Counted from the stretch's first letter, positions 8,883-19,684 are shown. The stretch: DNA of 64,000 nt from Acidimicrobiia bacterium (GCA_965203555.1 CBDBCY010000004.1:777434-841433), one strand, 5' to 3'. Translations and numbers: made by a program. Notes: generated by a model from the letters alone, not told the origin.

Positions 8883-11099
8883 TCAGTAAAGAAGGTCCGA
8901 CGTGATCCTGAAAGCCTTGAACACTCCGTCCACGCCCTTCAGATCCGACAGCATACGCTGCAACTGGCCGGCGTCGGAGAGCTCAACTTCATACTGGAAG
9001 ACTGCCACCAGGTCGTCCCCCACCGCCGAGGTGGCCGCAGTGATGTTGCCTCCGATCTCCGAAATCACCGCGGTCACATCCCGCAGCAACCGGGTTCGGT
9101 CCAGCGCCTCCACCTGCACCCAGACGGTGAAGGCGTTGATCCGATCCAGCGACCACGCCACCTCCACCATCCGGTCCATCCCCGGGGAGCGGTCGGTCAG
9201 GTTGGTGCACTCCGTCTGGTGCACCGAAACACCCCGACCCATGGTGACGTAGCCGATTATCTCATCCGAAGGAACAGGAGAGCAGCACCGGGCCAGGTTG
9301 ACCATGGTGTCGCCCATACCTTCCACCAGGATTCCCGGAGAGTCATCGTCGACTCTGCGGCGGCGCAGGGGAGAAGATAGCATATCCACCTTGTCCTGGG
9401 CTTCGGGAAGCGCAGGTTTCACAGCCCGTTCCAAGCGCAGGATCACGGTGCGGGGGGCAATATCCCCTTCTCCCAACGCCAGGAAGAGATGGTCCACCTC
9501 GCTTCTGCCCAGATCCTCGGCAATGGAAGCCAGTAGCCGATCCCGGGCAGCGGCAGTCAATCCCAGCCGTGCCTTGCGAAGCTCCGCCCACAGCAATTCC
9601 CGTCCTTCCGCCATGGATTGGGCCCGCCTCTCCTTGGAGAACCACTGTTTGATCTTGGTTCGGGCCCGAGAGGTCTTGACGGTCTTCAACCAGTCCCGGC
9701 TGGGCCCCACCCCCTGGGAACGGGAGGTAATGATTTCCACCACGTCACCCGAGGAGAGAGGCGTGGAGAGTGGCAGCAACCGCCCGTTTACCCTCGCTCC
9801 CACGCAGCGGTCCCCCACCTCGGTGTGGATTGAATAGGCAAAGTCCACCGGAGTGGCCCCCGCCGGAAACTGCTTGACCTCGCCCCGGGGGGTTATCACG
9901 AAGACCTCGTCACGGTAGAGATCCAGCTTGAGGTGATCCAGAAACTCTCGAGGATCCTCAAATTCCTCTCTCAATCCGCCCAGGTCGCCGACCCACTCCA
10001 GGTCCACCGCTCCGGGGCCTTCCTTGTAGCGCCAGTGGGCGGCGATGCCCCGCTCCGCCAGTTGGTGCATCTCTGCGGTACGGATCTGGATTTCTATGGC
10101 CTTGCCGTCGATCCCCACCACAGTGGTGTGCAGACTCTGATAGAGATTGGTCTTGGGCATCGCTATGAAGTCTTTGAACCGACCGCTGAGCGGCGGCCAA
10201 TGGGAGTGAATGTCCCCCAGGGCGGCATAGCAGTCCCGGATTCGGGGAACCACTACCCTGATGCCGATCAGGTCGTAGATTTCTTCGAATTGTTTGCCGG
10301 ATTCCACCATTTTCCGGTAAATGGAGTAGTGATGCTTGGGTCGTCCGCTCACCTCGGCGGAGATTCCCGCATCGGCCAGAATCCCCGACACCTCCTCGAT
10401 CATCTTGTCTATCGCCACTTGCCGTTCGGGCGCCAGCTCCAGCAACTTGTGATCGATCTCGGCGTAGGGCCCGGGGTACAGGATCGCCAGGCATCGGTCC
10501 TCGAGTTCGTGCTTGATCTCCTGTATTCCCAGCCGGTGGGCCAGGGGTGCATACACGTCCAGGGTCTCGGTGGCCACTGCCCTCTGCTTGACAGGCTGCA
10601 GGGCGCTGACTGTTCGCATGTTGTGCAGGCGGTCGCACAGCTTTATGACCAGTACCCGCACATCGCGGGCCATTGCCACCACCATCTTGCGAATAGTGGC
10701 CGCCTGGGCCTCCTCCCGGTTCGGATAGGAGATCCGATCCAGCTTGGTGACCCCATCGATCAAATCTGCTATCTCAATGCCGAATTGCTTCTTGACGTCC
10801 TTGTATGCGAGTTCAGTGTCTTCCAGCGTATCGTGCAGCAACCCGGCGGCCAGGGTGGCCACATCCATTCCCAGGTCGGCCAGTATGCGGGTTACGGTGA
10901 CCGGGTGAACGATGTAAGGGTCCCCTGACTTGCGCAACTGGCCCCGATGAGCCTCCTCCGCCACCGAATACGCCCGCCGCAGCAACGCCACGTCTTCCCC
11001 CGGGTGATGCTTGAGAAAACGCGATACCACCCTGGCCAACGGGTCGTCCGACCCGGGAGGGTGATAAGGAGTGGGGCGCCGCGCCGAGGTCTCGGCCAC
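8883..11099 (-). CDS. rel: bifunctional (p)ppGpp synthetase/hydrolase (RelA/SpoT homologue)
   Basis: HD hydrolase (HRGQLRKSGDPYIVHP), synthetase (YQSLHTTV), TGS and ACT regions. The ORF stays open to 11417, but that stretch overlaps secF and is P/R-rich. GTG at 11099 gives about 739 aa; the start is uncertain. Confidence 0.93.
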   Translation of the reverse strand: MAETSARRPTPYHPPGSDDPLARVVSRFLKHHPGEDVALLRRAYSVAEEAHRGQLRKSGDPYIVHPVTVTRILADLGMDVATLAAGLLHDTLEDTELAYKDVKKQFGIEIADLIDGVTKLDRISYPNREEAQAATIRKMVVAMARDVRVLVIKLCDRLHNMRTVSALQPVKQRAVATETLDVYAPLAHRLGIQEIKHELEDRCLAILYPGPYAEIDHKLLELAPERQVAIDKMIEEVSGILADAGISAEVSGRPKHHYSIYRKMVESGKQFEEIYDLIGIRVVVPRIRDCYAALGDIHSHWPPLSGRFKDFIAMPKTNLYQSLHTTVVGIDGKAIEIQIRTAEMHQLAERGIAAHWRYKEGPGAVDLEWVGDLGGLREEFEDPREFLDHLKLDLYRDEVFVITPRGEVKQFPAGATPVDFAYSIHTEVGDRCVGARVNGRLLPLSTPLSSGDVVEIITSRSQGVGPSRDWLKTVKTSRARTKIKQWFSKERRAQSMAEGRELLWAELRKARLGLTAAARDRLLASIAEDLGRSEVDHLFLALGEGDIAPRTVILRLERAVKPALPEAQDKVDMLSSPLRRRRVDDDSPGILVEGMGDTMVNLARCCSPVPSDEIIGYVTMGRGVSVHQTECTNLTDRSPGMDRMVEVAWSLDRINAFTVWVQVEALDRTRLLRDVTAVISEIGGNITAATSAVGDDLVAVFQYEVELSDAGQLQRMLSDLKGVDGVFKAFRITSDLLY

Positions 11100-11136
11100 G
11101 ACCCCAAGTGTAACTGCCCTCCGGTCCGACCGGGCC

Positions 11137-12222
11137 CTATCGGGGTCGGCGGCGACTGCGGCGACGCTTGGGCGGGCGGGGCGGCGCCGACCCTTCCATG
11201 GAGAAGAGTTCGGCGGAGGTGGGGGCCGGTTTGGGGGCCTCTTCGACTTCCGGGACTGCCTCGGGTTCGGCGCCGCTCCGCTTTCGGGCGACCCTGCGAC
11301 GCTGGTCCATCCAGGAGTATTCCCGCTCTCTCCAGACCGCCAACAGAGGAGAGGCCACGAAGATGGACGAGTAGGTCCCCGCCCCGATGCCCACGAACAA
11401 TGCCAGCGAGAAGTCACGCAGCGGGGCAGCGCCCAGGATCAGGGATCCCACGAACAGGATGCTTCCCACCGGTATCAAGGACGTGAGGGAAGTGTTTATG
11501 GACCGGGCCAGCACCATGTTCATGGACCGGTTAACTATCTCCGAGTAGGTCAGGACGTCTCCGTAGTCACTTTCCAACTCCCTCACCCGGTCGAATACCA
11601 CCACCGTGTCATAGAGCGAGTAACCCAAAACGGTGAGCGCCGCCACCACCGTGGCCGGGGTTACCTCGAAACGAGTGATGGCATAGATGCCGATGGTGAT
11701 CATCAGGTCGTGCAACAGGGCAACGATTCCCGACAGCGCCATTTTCCACTGCAGTCGGATGGAGATGAAGATCACCACCGCCCCCAGAAACACGCCCAGT
11801 GCCCACAGGGCACGACGGGCCACCAACGCGCCAAAGGTCGGACCCACTGCCTGGCGGTTGACATCCTCGGGCGGAGCGCCGACCAGGGCGGCCACGGTCG
11901 CCACCATCTCGTCCTCGATTTCGGAGGGTATCGGTCCGGTTTGAATCCGCAGGCTGCGGCCATCGTCTATCTCCTGGATGCGGGAATCAACCACCCCCAA
12001 ATCGGTCAGGGCGGCTTCCAGTTCACCGACGTTCACCCCGCTTCGATTGTCGGACTGCACCTGCACGCCGCCGGTGAATTCCAAGCCCAGATTCAGGCCG
12101 AAGATTCCCGCCGTCAATGCGGAGACAACCAGCAAGGCCGCCGAAACGTAGAACCACCGACGGCGAAGGCCGACAAAATCGATCTGGGTCTCGCCCCGGG
12201 AGATCTTCTGCCAGAGGTTCAT
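11137..12222 (-). CDS. secF: protein translocase subunit SecF
   Basis: Starts at MNLWQKISRGETQIDFVGLRRRW (ATG 12222, overlapping the secD stop). Multi-TM SecF pattern and a P/R/K-rich tail. Confidence 0.92.
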   Translation of the reverse strand: MNLWQKISRGETQIDFVGLRRRWFYVSAALLVVSALTAGIFGLNLGLEFTGGVQVQSDNRSGVNVGELEAALTDLGVVDSRIQEIDDGRSLRIQTGPIPSEIEDEMVATVAALVGAPPEDVNRQAVGPTFGALVARRALWALGVFLGAVVIFISIRLQWKMALSGIVALLHDLMITIGIYAITRFEVTPATVVAALTVLGYSLYDTVVVFDRVRELESDYGDVLTYSEIVNRSMNMVLARSINTSLTSLIPVGSILFVGSLILGAAPLRDFSLALFVGIGAGTYSSIFVASPLLAVWREREYSWMDQRRRVARKRSGAEPEAVPEVEEAPKPAPTSAELFSMEGSAPPRPPKRRRSRRRPR

Positions 12223-13724
12223 TGACGCTCTCCCGCCGCCGCCGGCAGGGAGAACCAGCCGGAGCGCCCCATTGGGGTGTGCGCCAGAATCCATGCCGCT
12301 CTACGGGTGAAGGATCGGGCTACGAAGATGTCCAGGACAGTGGCGATTCCCAGAGAGAGCGCGAATCCCTTCACGGCGCCCACCGTCAACATCCACAGCA
12401 GAGTCGCCCCCAGTATGGAGACCGTATCGGCGGTGAGGATGGTACGGAAGGCGGTGCGGAAACCTTGAGTGGCGGCGGAGGGCACGGTTCTTCCCGCCCG
12501 TAATTCGTCCTTGATCCGTTCGAAGTAGACGATGTAGGAGTCAGCCGTGATACCAATCGCCACGATTATCCCGGTCACCCCCGCCAGGGTGAGGGTCACC
12601 CCCTGGAAGTGGCCCAATAGCGCGTAGATTGCAATCAGCAGGGCCCCGAAGACCCCAATTCCCAGTACCGCCACCAGACCCAGCGCCCGGTAATAGAAGA
12701 GGAGCACCACCGCCACCAGGGCCAATCCCGCGATACCCGACACCAACCCGATCTGAAGGGAGTCCGAGCCCAGGGTGGCCGAGACCTTCTCCACCTGGCT
12801 CCGTTCAAAGGCGACGGGCAGCGAGCCGTAACGAAGGATCACCGCCAGATTCTGAGCCTGCTCCTCGGCCGTCGGATCGGCGCCCAGGGTTATCACCGCG
12901 TCTCCTCCGGTGATACCCACGCCGGCCGCCACATCCTCCGACACTTGCGGCGAGGCGATGATGCGACCGTCCAGAACAATGGCAATCTGGCGACGGGGAT
13001 CACCGACCGCATAGGCGGCCGCCTCCCCGGTGAGCCTGGCAAACAGATCCGACCCATCCGAAGTGAGGGAAAGATTCACAACCCATTGGGCGGAGGTGTT
13101 GTCGAAACCAGGCAACGCCGCAGAGACGTCCGAACCGGTCATCTCTGCCGGACCGAGCGTCAGCACCTCAGCGCCGAACAGCGTGAAACTGGGCAGGTAG
13201 GCGACCTGATCGGGGTCGTCCTCGACGGTGTACCCGGTGACCGGATCCACTCCATCGGGTACATCGGGCAGGGTGGTGGTAGTGGTGGTGATCACCACCG
13301 ATTCTTCGGACTCGCCCTCGACTTCTCCCGTTCCGGTTGGAACGGTGGTGGTGACCAGCGGACCCTCCAGGCCCGGAGTGGAATCCAGCACCGGACGGAA
13401 CGAAAGCCGCCCGGTCCGGCCGATGGCATCGAGCGCCTGCTGCTCGTTCTGGACGCCCGGTAGTTGGACCAGCACCGTCGTCCCTCCCGAAATCGAGATC
13501 TCCGGTTCTTGGACTCCGCCCACGTCTTCTATGCGGCGGCGCATGATGTCCACCGCGTACTCCATCACATCGGGATCGGTGTCATCGGGCGCAGTAAGTA
13601 TGACCGAGGTGCCGCCCTGCAGGTCCAGTCCCAGCTTTGGCTCAATGCCCAGCAGGTAGACGGAGACCAGACCACCCCAGGCGAACCCGACAACAATCAG
13701 CAGGCCGATGACCCGCCGAAGCAC
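12219..13724 (-). CDS. secD: protein translocase subunit SecD
   Basis: 501 aa. N-terminal TM, periplasmic domain (LGLDLQGGTSVIL), C-terminal six-TM SecD block. Confidence 0.95.
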   Translation of the reverse strand: MLRRVIGLLIVVGFAWGGLVSVYLLGIEPKLGLDLQGGTSVILTAPDDTDPDVMEYAVDIMRRRIEDVGGVQEPEISISGGTTVLVQLPGVQNEQQALDAIGRTGRLSFRPVLDSTPGLEGPLVTTTVPTGTGEVEGESEESVVITTTTTTLPDVPDGVDPVTGYTVEDDPDQVAYLPSFTLFGAEVLTLGPAEMTGSDVSAALPGFDNTSAQWVVNLSLTSDGSDLFARLTGEAAAYAVGDPRRQIAIVLDGRIIASPQVSEDVAAGVGITGGDAVITLGADPTAEEQAQNLAVILRYGSLPVAFERSQVEKVSATLGSDSLQIGLVSGIAGLALVAVVLLFYYRALGLVAVLGIGVFGALLIAIYALLGHFQGVTLTLAGVTGIIVAIGITADSYIVYFERIKDELRAGRTVPSAATQGFRTAFRTILTADTVSILGATLLWMLTVGAVKGFALSLGIATVLDIFVARSFTRRAAWILAHTPMGRSGWFSLPAAAGERQ

Positions 13725-13727
13725 AGA

Positions 13728-14015
13728 TCAGCCTTCCGAGACTCGTTTGGATGCAATGGCCTTCTTGGCGATCCGCAAAGACCCGTATTCAAGTTCTATC
13801 ACCACCGAATCATCCTCCACGCTGCGAACCGATCCCATGATTCCCCCTATGGTCTGAATCCGGTCTCCGATCTCCAGATTCGCTACCAGGTGCTGTTGCT
13901 GTTTGGCGCGTTTGCGCTGAGGCCTGATGAGCAGAAAGTAAAAGAACAAAAGAAAGCCGCCGAGAACCAACCATGTGAAGATCGGGCTCCCTGCCGACTC
14001 TTGAGCGAGGATCAT
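13728..14015 (-). CDS. yajC: preprotein translocase subunit YajC
   Basis: 95 aa. One TM followed by LIRPQRKRAKQQQHLVANLEIGDRIQTIGGIMG. Sits directly upstream of secD. Confidence 0.9.
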   Translation of the reverse strand: MILAQESAGSPIFTWLVLGGFLLFFYFLLIRPQRKRAKQQQHLVANLEIGDRIQTIGGIMGSVRSVEDDSVVIELEYGSLRIAKKAIASKRVSEG

Positions 14016-14052
14016 GAAATGACAACTCCTGTTATTCGGTCCGCTGAAACTA

Positions 14053-15177
14053 TCAGACTAGCGTCTCGTTCCCTGGTTGAGAAACTCCGCACTGGCGAAA
14101 ATGGCGGCGGTACCGACCGAACTTCCCCTCCAGGATCGCCTGGCGGGCCCCTGCCATCAACCCCGTGGCATGCGCCAGGTTGTGAATGGAGAGCAACCGC
14201 TGGGAGGTGAGTTCTCCCACTCTGAGGAGATGACGCAGGTAGGACCGGGTATACCGGCGACAGGCCAAGCACTCGCATCCGGGATCGAGAGGCCGGTCAT
14301 CTCGTGCATAGGCGCCGGCTCGGAGGTTGTAATCACCGGCCCAGCCGAGAACTTTCCCGTGTCGGGCGAGTCGGGTGGGCCAAACGCAGTCGAACATGTC
14401 CACTCCGCGGGCAATGGCGTCGAGCATGCCCACCGAGTCCCCCACCCCCATCAGGTAGCGAGGCCGGTGAAAAGGCAGTTCCGGTACGCAGGCCTCCAGG
14501 GCCAGGTTGCGCTCGGCGGCCGACTCTCCCACCGACAACCCGCCGATGCCAAAGCCCGCAAACCCCAGCGCTGCCGTGGCCCTGGCGCTGCGGCGGCGCA
14601 ATCGGGGATCGACACCACCCTGCACGATCCCGAACAGGGCCTGGTCGCTGCGCCGATGGGCCGCCAAGGCCCGCTCGGACCAGCGCAAGGTGCGCTCGGC
14701 GGCCTCCTCCAACTCCGGCAGAGGCGAAGGAAGGGCCAAGCAGATGTCCAGCACCATGGCGATGTCGGCCCCAAGGCGCTCCTGGTGACGCACCGCCTCC
14801 TCCGGGGTGAGGCTTATATGGGACCCGTCGTATATGGAACGGAACGCCGCACCTTCCTCGGTGATGGCAGGCTTGAGCGAAAACACCTGGTAACCCCCGG
14901 AGTCGGTGAGCACCGGTCGTCGCCAGGACATGAAACCGTGTAGCCCTCCCATACTCTCGATCAACTCCGATCCCGGCCGCAGCATCAGGTGGTAGGTATT
15001 GGCCAGCATGATCGACGCGCCCAACTCTTCCAGATCGGCGGCGTCCAACCCCTTCACAGAGGCGCGGGTCCCAACCGGCATGAACACCGGAGTGGCAACG
15101 TCGCCGTGGGGGGTGTGAAGCGTCCCGGCCCGGGCGGATCCATCCTGTGCCTGCGGGGTCCAGGAAACCGGGTTCAC
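14053..15177 (-). CDS. tgt: tRNA-guanine transglycosylase
   Basis: TPHGDVATPVFMPVGT, DSGGYQVFSL and zinc motif CECLACRRYTRSYLRHL. GTG at 15177 overlaps the queA stop (GTGA). The longer ORF reaching 15369 overlaps queA. Confidence 0.95.
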   Translation of the reverse strand: MNPVSWTPQAQDGSARAGTLHTPHGDVATPVFMPVGTRASVKGLDAADLEELGASIMLANTYHLMLRPGSELIESMGGLHGFMSWRRPVLTDSGGYQVFSLKPAITEEGAAFRSIYDGSHISLTPEEAVRHQERLGADIAMVLDICLALPSPLPELEEAAERTLRWSERALAAHRRSDQALFGIVQGGVDPRLRRRSARATAALGFAGFGIGGLSVGESAAERNLALEACVPELPFHRPRYLMGVGDSVGMLDAIARGVDMFDCVWPTRLARHGKVLGWAGDYNLRAGAYARDDRPLDPGCECLACRRYTRSYLRHLLRVGELTSQRLLSIHNLAHATGLMAGARQAILEGKFGRYRRHFRQCGVSQPGNETLV

Positions 15178-16202
15178 TGTTGCGCCGTCTCGGGGTCTCG
15201 TTCGGCCAGCATGGCGTCGCCGAAAGAGAGAAACCGATATCCTCGGGCCAGGGCGGTCCGGTACGCGTCCCGCCACTTTCGGCCCATGAAGGCCCAGACC
15301 AGCGCCACCAGACTGGATCGGGGAGCATGGAAGTTGGTGACCAGCATATCCACCACCCTGAACCGGCAACCCGGCGTCAGGTAGAGATCCGTCTCACCTT
15401 GTTGAGCGGTCACCAGACCGTCGGAAGCGGCTGCGGTCTCCAGGGTCCTCACCACGGTGGTGCCCACCGCCACCACCCGCCCTCCCCGCGCCCGGCAGCG
15501 CCTCACCTGTTGCTCGACCTCCTTCGAAATCCAGAACCGTTCCACACCCATGGGATGATCCTCCAGTCGCTCGACGCCGATCGGGCGGAAGGTGGCCCAG
15601 CTCACCTCCAGATCGATCTCGGCTCTCATCACGCCGCGGTGACGCAGAGCCTCCAGAATCGTCGGGGTGAAGTGCAGACCGGCGGTGGGAGCGGCAGCGG
15701 ATCCCAGCCGGGATGCGAATATTGTCTGGTAGCGCTCGGGGTCGGGCAACGACCGGCGGATGTAGGGAGGCAACGGCACCTCTCCCATCTCCTCCACCAA
15801 CTCCTCCACCTCCCCCTTCCCGGTCAATACCAACCGGGCCACTCCGTCAACCGGGTCGGAGACCAACTCGCCCCGAAGGGGACCGAACTCCACCACCACC
15901 CCGGCGCGGAGCCGTCGGGCGGGACGCACCAGCGCCTCCCAACGATCGGGAGAGAGACGACGGGCCAGCAAGGCCTCCACCCGTCCACCGGTTCCCGACT
16001 TGCGACCCACCAGCCGGGCAGCCCTTACCCTGGTCCGGTTTACCACCAGCAGATCCCCCGGCGCCAGAAGATGGGGCAGATCCGAAAATCGCCGATCCAA
16101 AAGAGTTCGGGTGTCGAGCAACCGGGAAGAGTGCCGTGGTTCGACCGGCGCTTGCGCCACCGATTCCTGGGGCAGGCAATAATCCAATTCAGCGGTGAGC
16201 AT
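15174..16202 (-). CDS. queA: S-adenosylmethionine:tRNA ribosyltransferase-isomerase
   Basis: 342 aa. LDYCLPQESVAQAPVEPR, LPPYI, GTTVVRTLE, FLSFGDAML. Confidence 0.95.
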   Translation of the reverse strand: MLTAELDYCLPQESVAQAPVEPRHSSRLLDTRTLLDRRFSDLPHLLAPGDLLVVNRTRVRAARLVGRKSGTGGRVEALLARRLSPDRWEALVRPARRLRAGVVVEFGPLRGELVSDPVDGVARLVLTGKGEVEELVEEMGEVPLPPYIRRSLPDPERYQTIFASRLGSAAAPTAGLHFTPTILEALRHRGVMRAEIDLEVSWATFRPIGVERLEDHPMGVERFWISKEVEQQVRRCRARGGRVVAVGTTVVRTLETAAASDGLVTAQQGETDLYLTPGCRFRVVDMLVTNFHAPRSSLVALVWAFMGRKWRDAYRTALARGYRFLSFGDAMLAERDPETAQQ

Positions 16203-16214
16203 ACCGATCCGGAA

Positions 16215-17237
16215 TCAGACCAAACGCAGTTGGGGGTCGGCAGGAGGTACCAGCCCCAGGTGCAGGTAAGTTCCCTCGGTGGCCAGCCGTCCCCGCGGGG
16301 TTCTTTGCAGAAGGCCTGCCTGCAGAAGGTAGGGCTCGTACGCCTCTTCCACCGTCTCCGGCTCTTCGCCGACCGCGATCGCCAGGGTGCTCAGACCCAC
16401 CGGACCACCCCCGAACTTGTGCACAACCGATTCAAGAATCGCCCGGTCAACCTTGTCCAACCCCAACTCATCCACTTCCAACAGGGCAAGGGCCCGGTTG
16501 GCCACCCGGGCCGTCACCTGCCCGTCGGCGCGGGCGATGGCGTAGTCGCGAACCCGGGCCAGTAACCGGTTGGCCACCCGGGCAGTACCGCGGCTACGGG
16601 TGGCGATCGTCTCGGCGCCAGCGCCGGTGATTCCCACTCCCAGAATCCCCGCCGACCTGACCACGATCTGCCGCAATTCATCGGATGTGTAATGGTCGAA
16701 CCGCTCGATGATCTGGAAGCGATCCCGCAGGGGAGAAGAGATCATGCCAAGCCGAGTGGTGGCCCCGATCAGAGTAAAGGGTTCAAGGTTCAGCCGGTAG
16801 GTGGTGGCGCCCACTCCCTTTCCCACCACGATGTCCAGTTCGAAGTCCTCCATCGCCGGATAGAGCACCTCTTCCACCATCCGTGAGAGCCGATGCAATT
16901 CGTCAACGAAGAAGACCTCACCCTTCTCGAGTCCTGAAAGGATAGAGGCGAGGTCTCCCGGCCGGTCCAGAGCCGGGCCGGAGGTTCGCCGCATCCGCAC
17001 TCCCAGTTCGTTGGCTATCACCCCCGCCATGGAGGTTTTTCCCAGCCCCGGAGGACCCGAGAACAGGACATGTCCCACGGGTGACCCCATTTTGGCGGCA
17101 GCCTCTATGGAGATCGTCAGCCGCTCCTGCAAGAGGGGCTGACCAATGAACTCTCCCAGCAACCGGGGCCGCAGGGAAGCTTCCAGTTCGGACTCGCCCG
17201 TAGCCGGTTCCTGGGCAACGACCCGTTCCTCTCTCAT
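16215..17237 (-). CDS. ruvB: Holliday junction helicase RuvB
   Basis: 340 aa. LRPRLLGEFIGQ, GPPGLGKTS, FVDELHRL, winged-helix C-terminus. Confidence 0.97.
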   Translation of the reverse strand: MREERVVAQEPATGESELEASLRPRLLGEFIGQPLLQERLTISIEAAAKMGSPVGHVLFSGPPGLGKTSMAGVIANELGVRMRRTSGPALDRPGDLASILSGLEKGEVFFVDELHRLSRMVEEVLYPAMEDFELDIVVGKGVGATTYRLNLEPFTLIGATTRLGMISSPLRDRFQIIERFDHYTSDELRQIVVRSAGILGVGITGAGAETIATRSRGTARVANRLLARVRDYAIARADGQVTARVANRALALLEVDELGLDKVDRAILESVVHKFGGGPVGLSTLAIAVGEEPETVEEAYEPYLLQAGLLQRTPRGRLATEGTYLHLGLVPPADPQLRLV

Positions 17238-17803
17238 TGCGCCAACTCCCGAAGCGCCGCCCGCAATTGTTCCTCAAAAGAGGCGCGAGGATCAACCACC
17301 GCCGCGGCGCTGCGAATCTCGTGGCTGCGATATCCCAATCCCGCCAATGCTCCCCACAGTTGCGAAGACCGGGATGAGCCTTTCAAGACGTTGGCCTCGG
17401 ACGCTTCCAGCTTTCCTTTCAGATCGAGGATCAGACGCTGGGCGGTCTTCTTTCCGACACCGCTTACCCTGGTGAAAGTGGTGACGTCTTCGGAACGCAC
17501 CGCCTCCCGAACCGCCTCCGACCCCAGGGTGGAGAGAATCGCCAGCCCCACCTTCGGACCCACGCCCTGGGCGGAGAGGAGCAACCGGAACAGATCCCGC
17601 TCGCCGCTGTCCCTGAAACCGTACAGTCGCATCCCTTCGCTCCACACCTGAAGATGGGTGCTGATCACTATCTCTCCCCGCTCTGAGGGCAGGCTTTCCA
17701 CGACCGAGGGTGACATTATCACCTCGTATCCAACTCCCCCCACATCAATGACGACCCCTTCCGGATTCCTTTCGGTTAGCGCCCCTCTCAATGAGCCTAT
17801 CAC
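17234..17803 (-). CDS. ruvA: Holliday junction DNA-binding protein RuvA
   Basis: VIGSLRGAL...VIDVGGVGYEV OB domain and HhH motifs (GVGPKVGLAILS, VSGVGKKTAQRL). GTG at 17803 overlaps the ruvC stop (GTGA). The ORF is open to 17839. Confidence 0.92.
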   Translation of the reverse strand: MIGSLRGALTERNPEGVVIDVGGVGYEVIMSPSVVESLPSERGEIVISTHLQVWSEGMRLYGFRDSGERDLFRLLLSAQGVGPKVGLAILSTLGSEAVREAVRSEDVTTFTRVSGVGKKTAQRLILDLKGKLEASEANVLKGSSRSSQLWGALAGLGYRSHEIRSAAAVVDPRASFEEQLRAALRELAQ

Positions 17804-18282
17804 GGCACGAGTTCCAAGTGGAGGTGACGCAGGTGGCAAATTGCCGCCGCAACCGCATCGAAGGCATCATGAGGCAAGCCCTCTTCCGAAAGGTTGAGCG
17901 TCTTGCGGAGTGTTCGCTGCACGGCGTCCTTGGTGGCGGCCCCGTCGCCGGTCACAATTTTCTTTACGGTGCTGGGGCTGTACTCGGTGACCGATATCCC
18001 TGCTTCTGCGGCGGTGAGCATCACGACGCCGGTGGCCCTCTCCACCGCCGAGGCCGCCGATCGGTTCCCCTTGATGTAGACCTTCTCCAGGGACATGGCG
18101 ACCGGTCCGTACCGCTTGATGACATCGGAGAGGTCGTTGGACAACTCTTGCAGACGTTCCTCGATGGGCCAACTTACGGGAGTGCTGATCATCCCCATTG
18201 CGATCACCCGGTGTGGGTTGCCTCTGCTGACCACCGCATAACCGGTGCGGGCCAATCCAGGATCTACTCCCAATACCAACAC
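17800..18282 (-). CDS. ruvC: crossover junction endodeoxyribonuclease RuvC
   Basis: 160 aa. MLVLGVDPGLARTGYAVV and C-terminal DAFDAVAAAICH. Confidence 0.95.
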   Translation of the reverse strand: MLVLGVDPGLARTGYAVVSRGNPHRVIAMGMISTPVSWPIEERLQELSNDLSDVIKRYGPVAMSLEKVYIKGNRSAASAVERATGVVMLTAAEAGISVTEYSPSTVKKIVTGDGAATKDAVQRTLRKTLNLSEEGLPHDAFDAVAAAICHLRHLHLELVP

Positions 18283-18352
18283 CTACAGGAAGTGTAAGTA
18301 AAGGGAGGGCTCTACACTGGCCTTTTGATCGTCAAGCCCCTCCGGTCGGAAG

Positions 18353-19096
18353 TCACCGGCCGGCCAGAGCCTCCAATATGTCGTCGCTGATCTCGAAGTT
18401 GGAATAGACGCTTTGCACATCATCCAGATCTTCCAAGGCATCCACCAACCGCAACACCCTGGGAGCGGTGCGACGATCGACCGGCACCTCCGTAATGGGC
18501 AGTTGCGTCACCTCCGCCGACTCGACGGCCAAACCCGACTCCTGCAGGGCGTCCCTCACACCCGTCATCTCACCCGGTGTGGTGATCACCTCCCAAGAAT
18601 CGCCCGTCTCCTTGATGTCCTCGGCGCCCGCCTCTAAGGCGGTAAGCAAGACGTCATCTTCTTCCCCGGCGGCGGCAATGACGCCCTTGGGCTGAAAGAG
18701 GTATCCCACCGATCCAGGTTCTCCCAAACTGCCCCCGTTGCGGGTGAAAACCGCCCGCACGTCAGAAGCTGCCCGCCGCCGGTTGTCAGTGAGCACCTGA
18801 ACGTACACCGCCACTCCCCCAGGCGCGTATCCCTCATACCAAAGCTCGTCGTAAGCCACCCCCCCTGTCTCTCCGGTGCCCCGCTTGATGGCTCGGCTGA
18901 TGTTGTCGTTGGGCATGGATGCCGCTTTGGCCTTGGCCACCGCCGCAGCCAGCGAATAGTTGGCGGCCGGGTCACCGCCACCCTTGCGCGCTTCCGATTC
19001 GATGGCCCTGGCCAATTTGGCAAACAGCTTCCCGCGGGCCGCATCCTGGCGTCCCTTGCGGTGTTTTATGTTCGCCCACTTGGAATGTCCCGCCAT
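18353..19096 (-). CDS. YebC/PmpR family transcriptional regulator
   Basis: 247 aa. MAGHSKWANIKHRKGRQDAARGKLFAKL. Confidence 0.95.
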   Translation of the reverse strand: MAGHSKWANIKHRKGRQDAARGKLFAKLARAIESEARKGGGDPAANYSLAAAVAKAKAASMPNDNISRAIKRGTGETGGVAYDELWYEGYAPGGVAVYVQVLTDNRRRAASDVRAVFTRNGGSLGEPGSVGYLFQPKGVIAAAGEEDDVLLTALEAGAEDIKETGDSWEVITTPGEMTGVRDALQESGLAVESAEVTQLPITEVPVDRRTAPRVLRLVDALEDLDDVQSVYSNFEISDDILEALAGR

Positions 19097-19102
19097 TTCG
19101 CC

Positions 19103-19684
19103 CTACTCCTCTCCGCCTTGCAACCACAGTCGGTGAATGCGGGAATCCTGCGTCAATTCCGGGTGAAACGAGGTGGCCGTCAAAGTCCTCGACCGCACCA
19201 TCACGGGATGTTTGCCGACCCGGGCCAGCACCTCCACCTCGCCGCCCACCTTCTCGACCCAGGGCGCCCTGATGAACACTGCGCGAAAGGGGTCTTCCAA
19301 TCCTTTCACTTCCAGGTCCATCTCAAAAGACTCGTTCTGTCGCCCGAAGGCGTTGCGCCGCACCACCACGTCCAAGACTCCCAGAAGCGGTTGATCTCCT
19401 TCTACGATGGAACCGGCCACCAGGATCATGCCCGCGCAGGTGGCCAGGGTGGGCAGACCGTCGAGCAGGGCGGCGCGCAGCGGCCGCAGCAGCCGGAACC
19501 GCTCCGCCAGACGACCGATGGTGGTTGACTCCCCTCCCGGAATCACCAAGCCGTCAATCCCCACCAGATCATCGGGGAGGCGCACCAGCCGGGTGGAGAC
19601 ATCCAGACGCTCAAGAGCCCACCGGTGCTCCCTGACATCCCCTTGCAGGGCCAGCACCCCTATGGTGGGCGGCATTATCACCAA
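19103..19684 (-). CDS. pdxT: pyridoxal 5'-phosphate synthase glutaminase subunit PdxT
   Basis: 193 aa. [31 protein letters not shown]. Confidence 0.95.
   Translation of the reverse strand: MVIMPPTIGVLALQGDVREHRWALERLDVSTRLVRLPDDLVGIDGLVIPGGESTTIGRLAERFRLLRPLRAALLDGLPTLATCAGMILVAGSIVEGDQPLLGVLDVVVRRNAFGRQNESFEMDLEVKGLEDPFRAVFIRAPWVEKVGGEVEVLARVGKHPVMVRSRTLTATSFHPELTQDSRIHRLWLQGGEE

Noticed and set aside
15147-16565. 472-aa + strand ORF
   Set aside because: It is antisense to queA and ruvB, which both have unambiguous motifs. It is a low-complexity P/G/R/H-rich translation.
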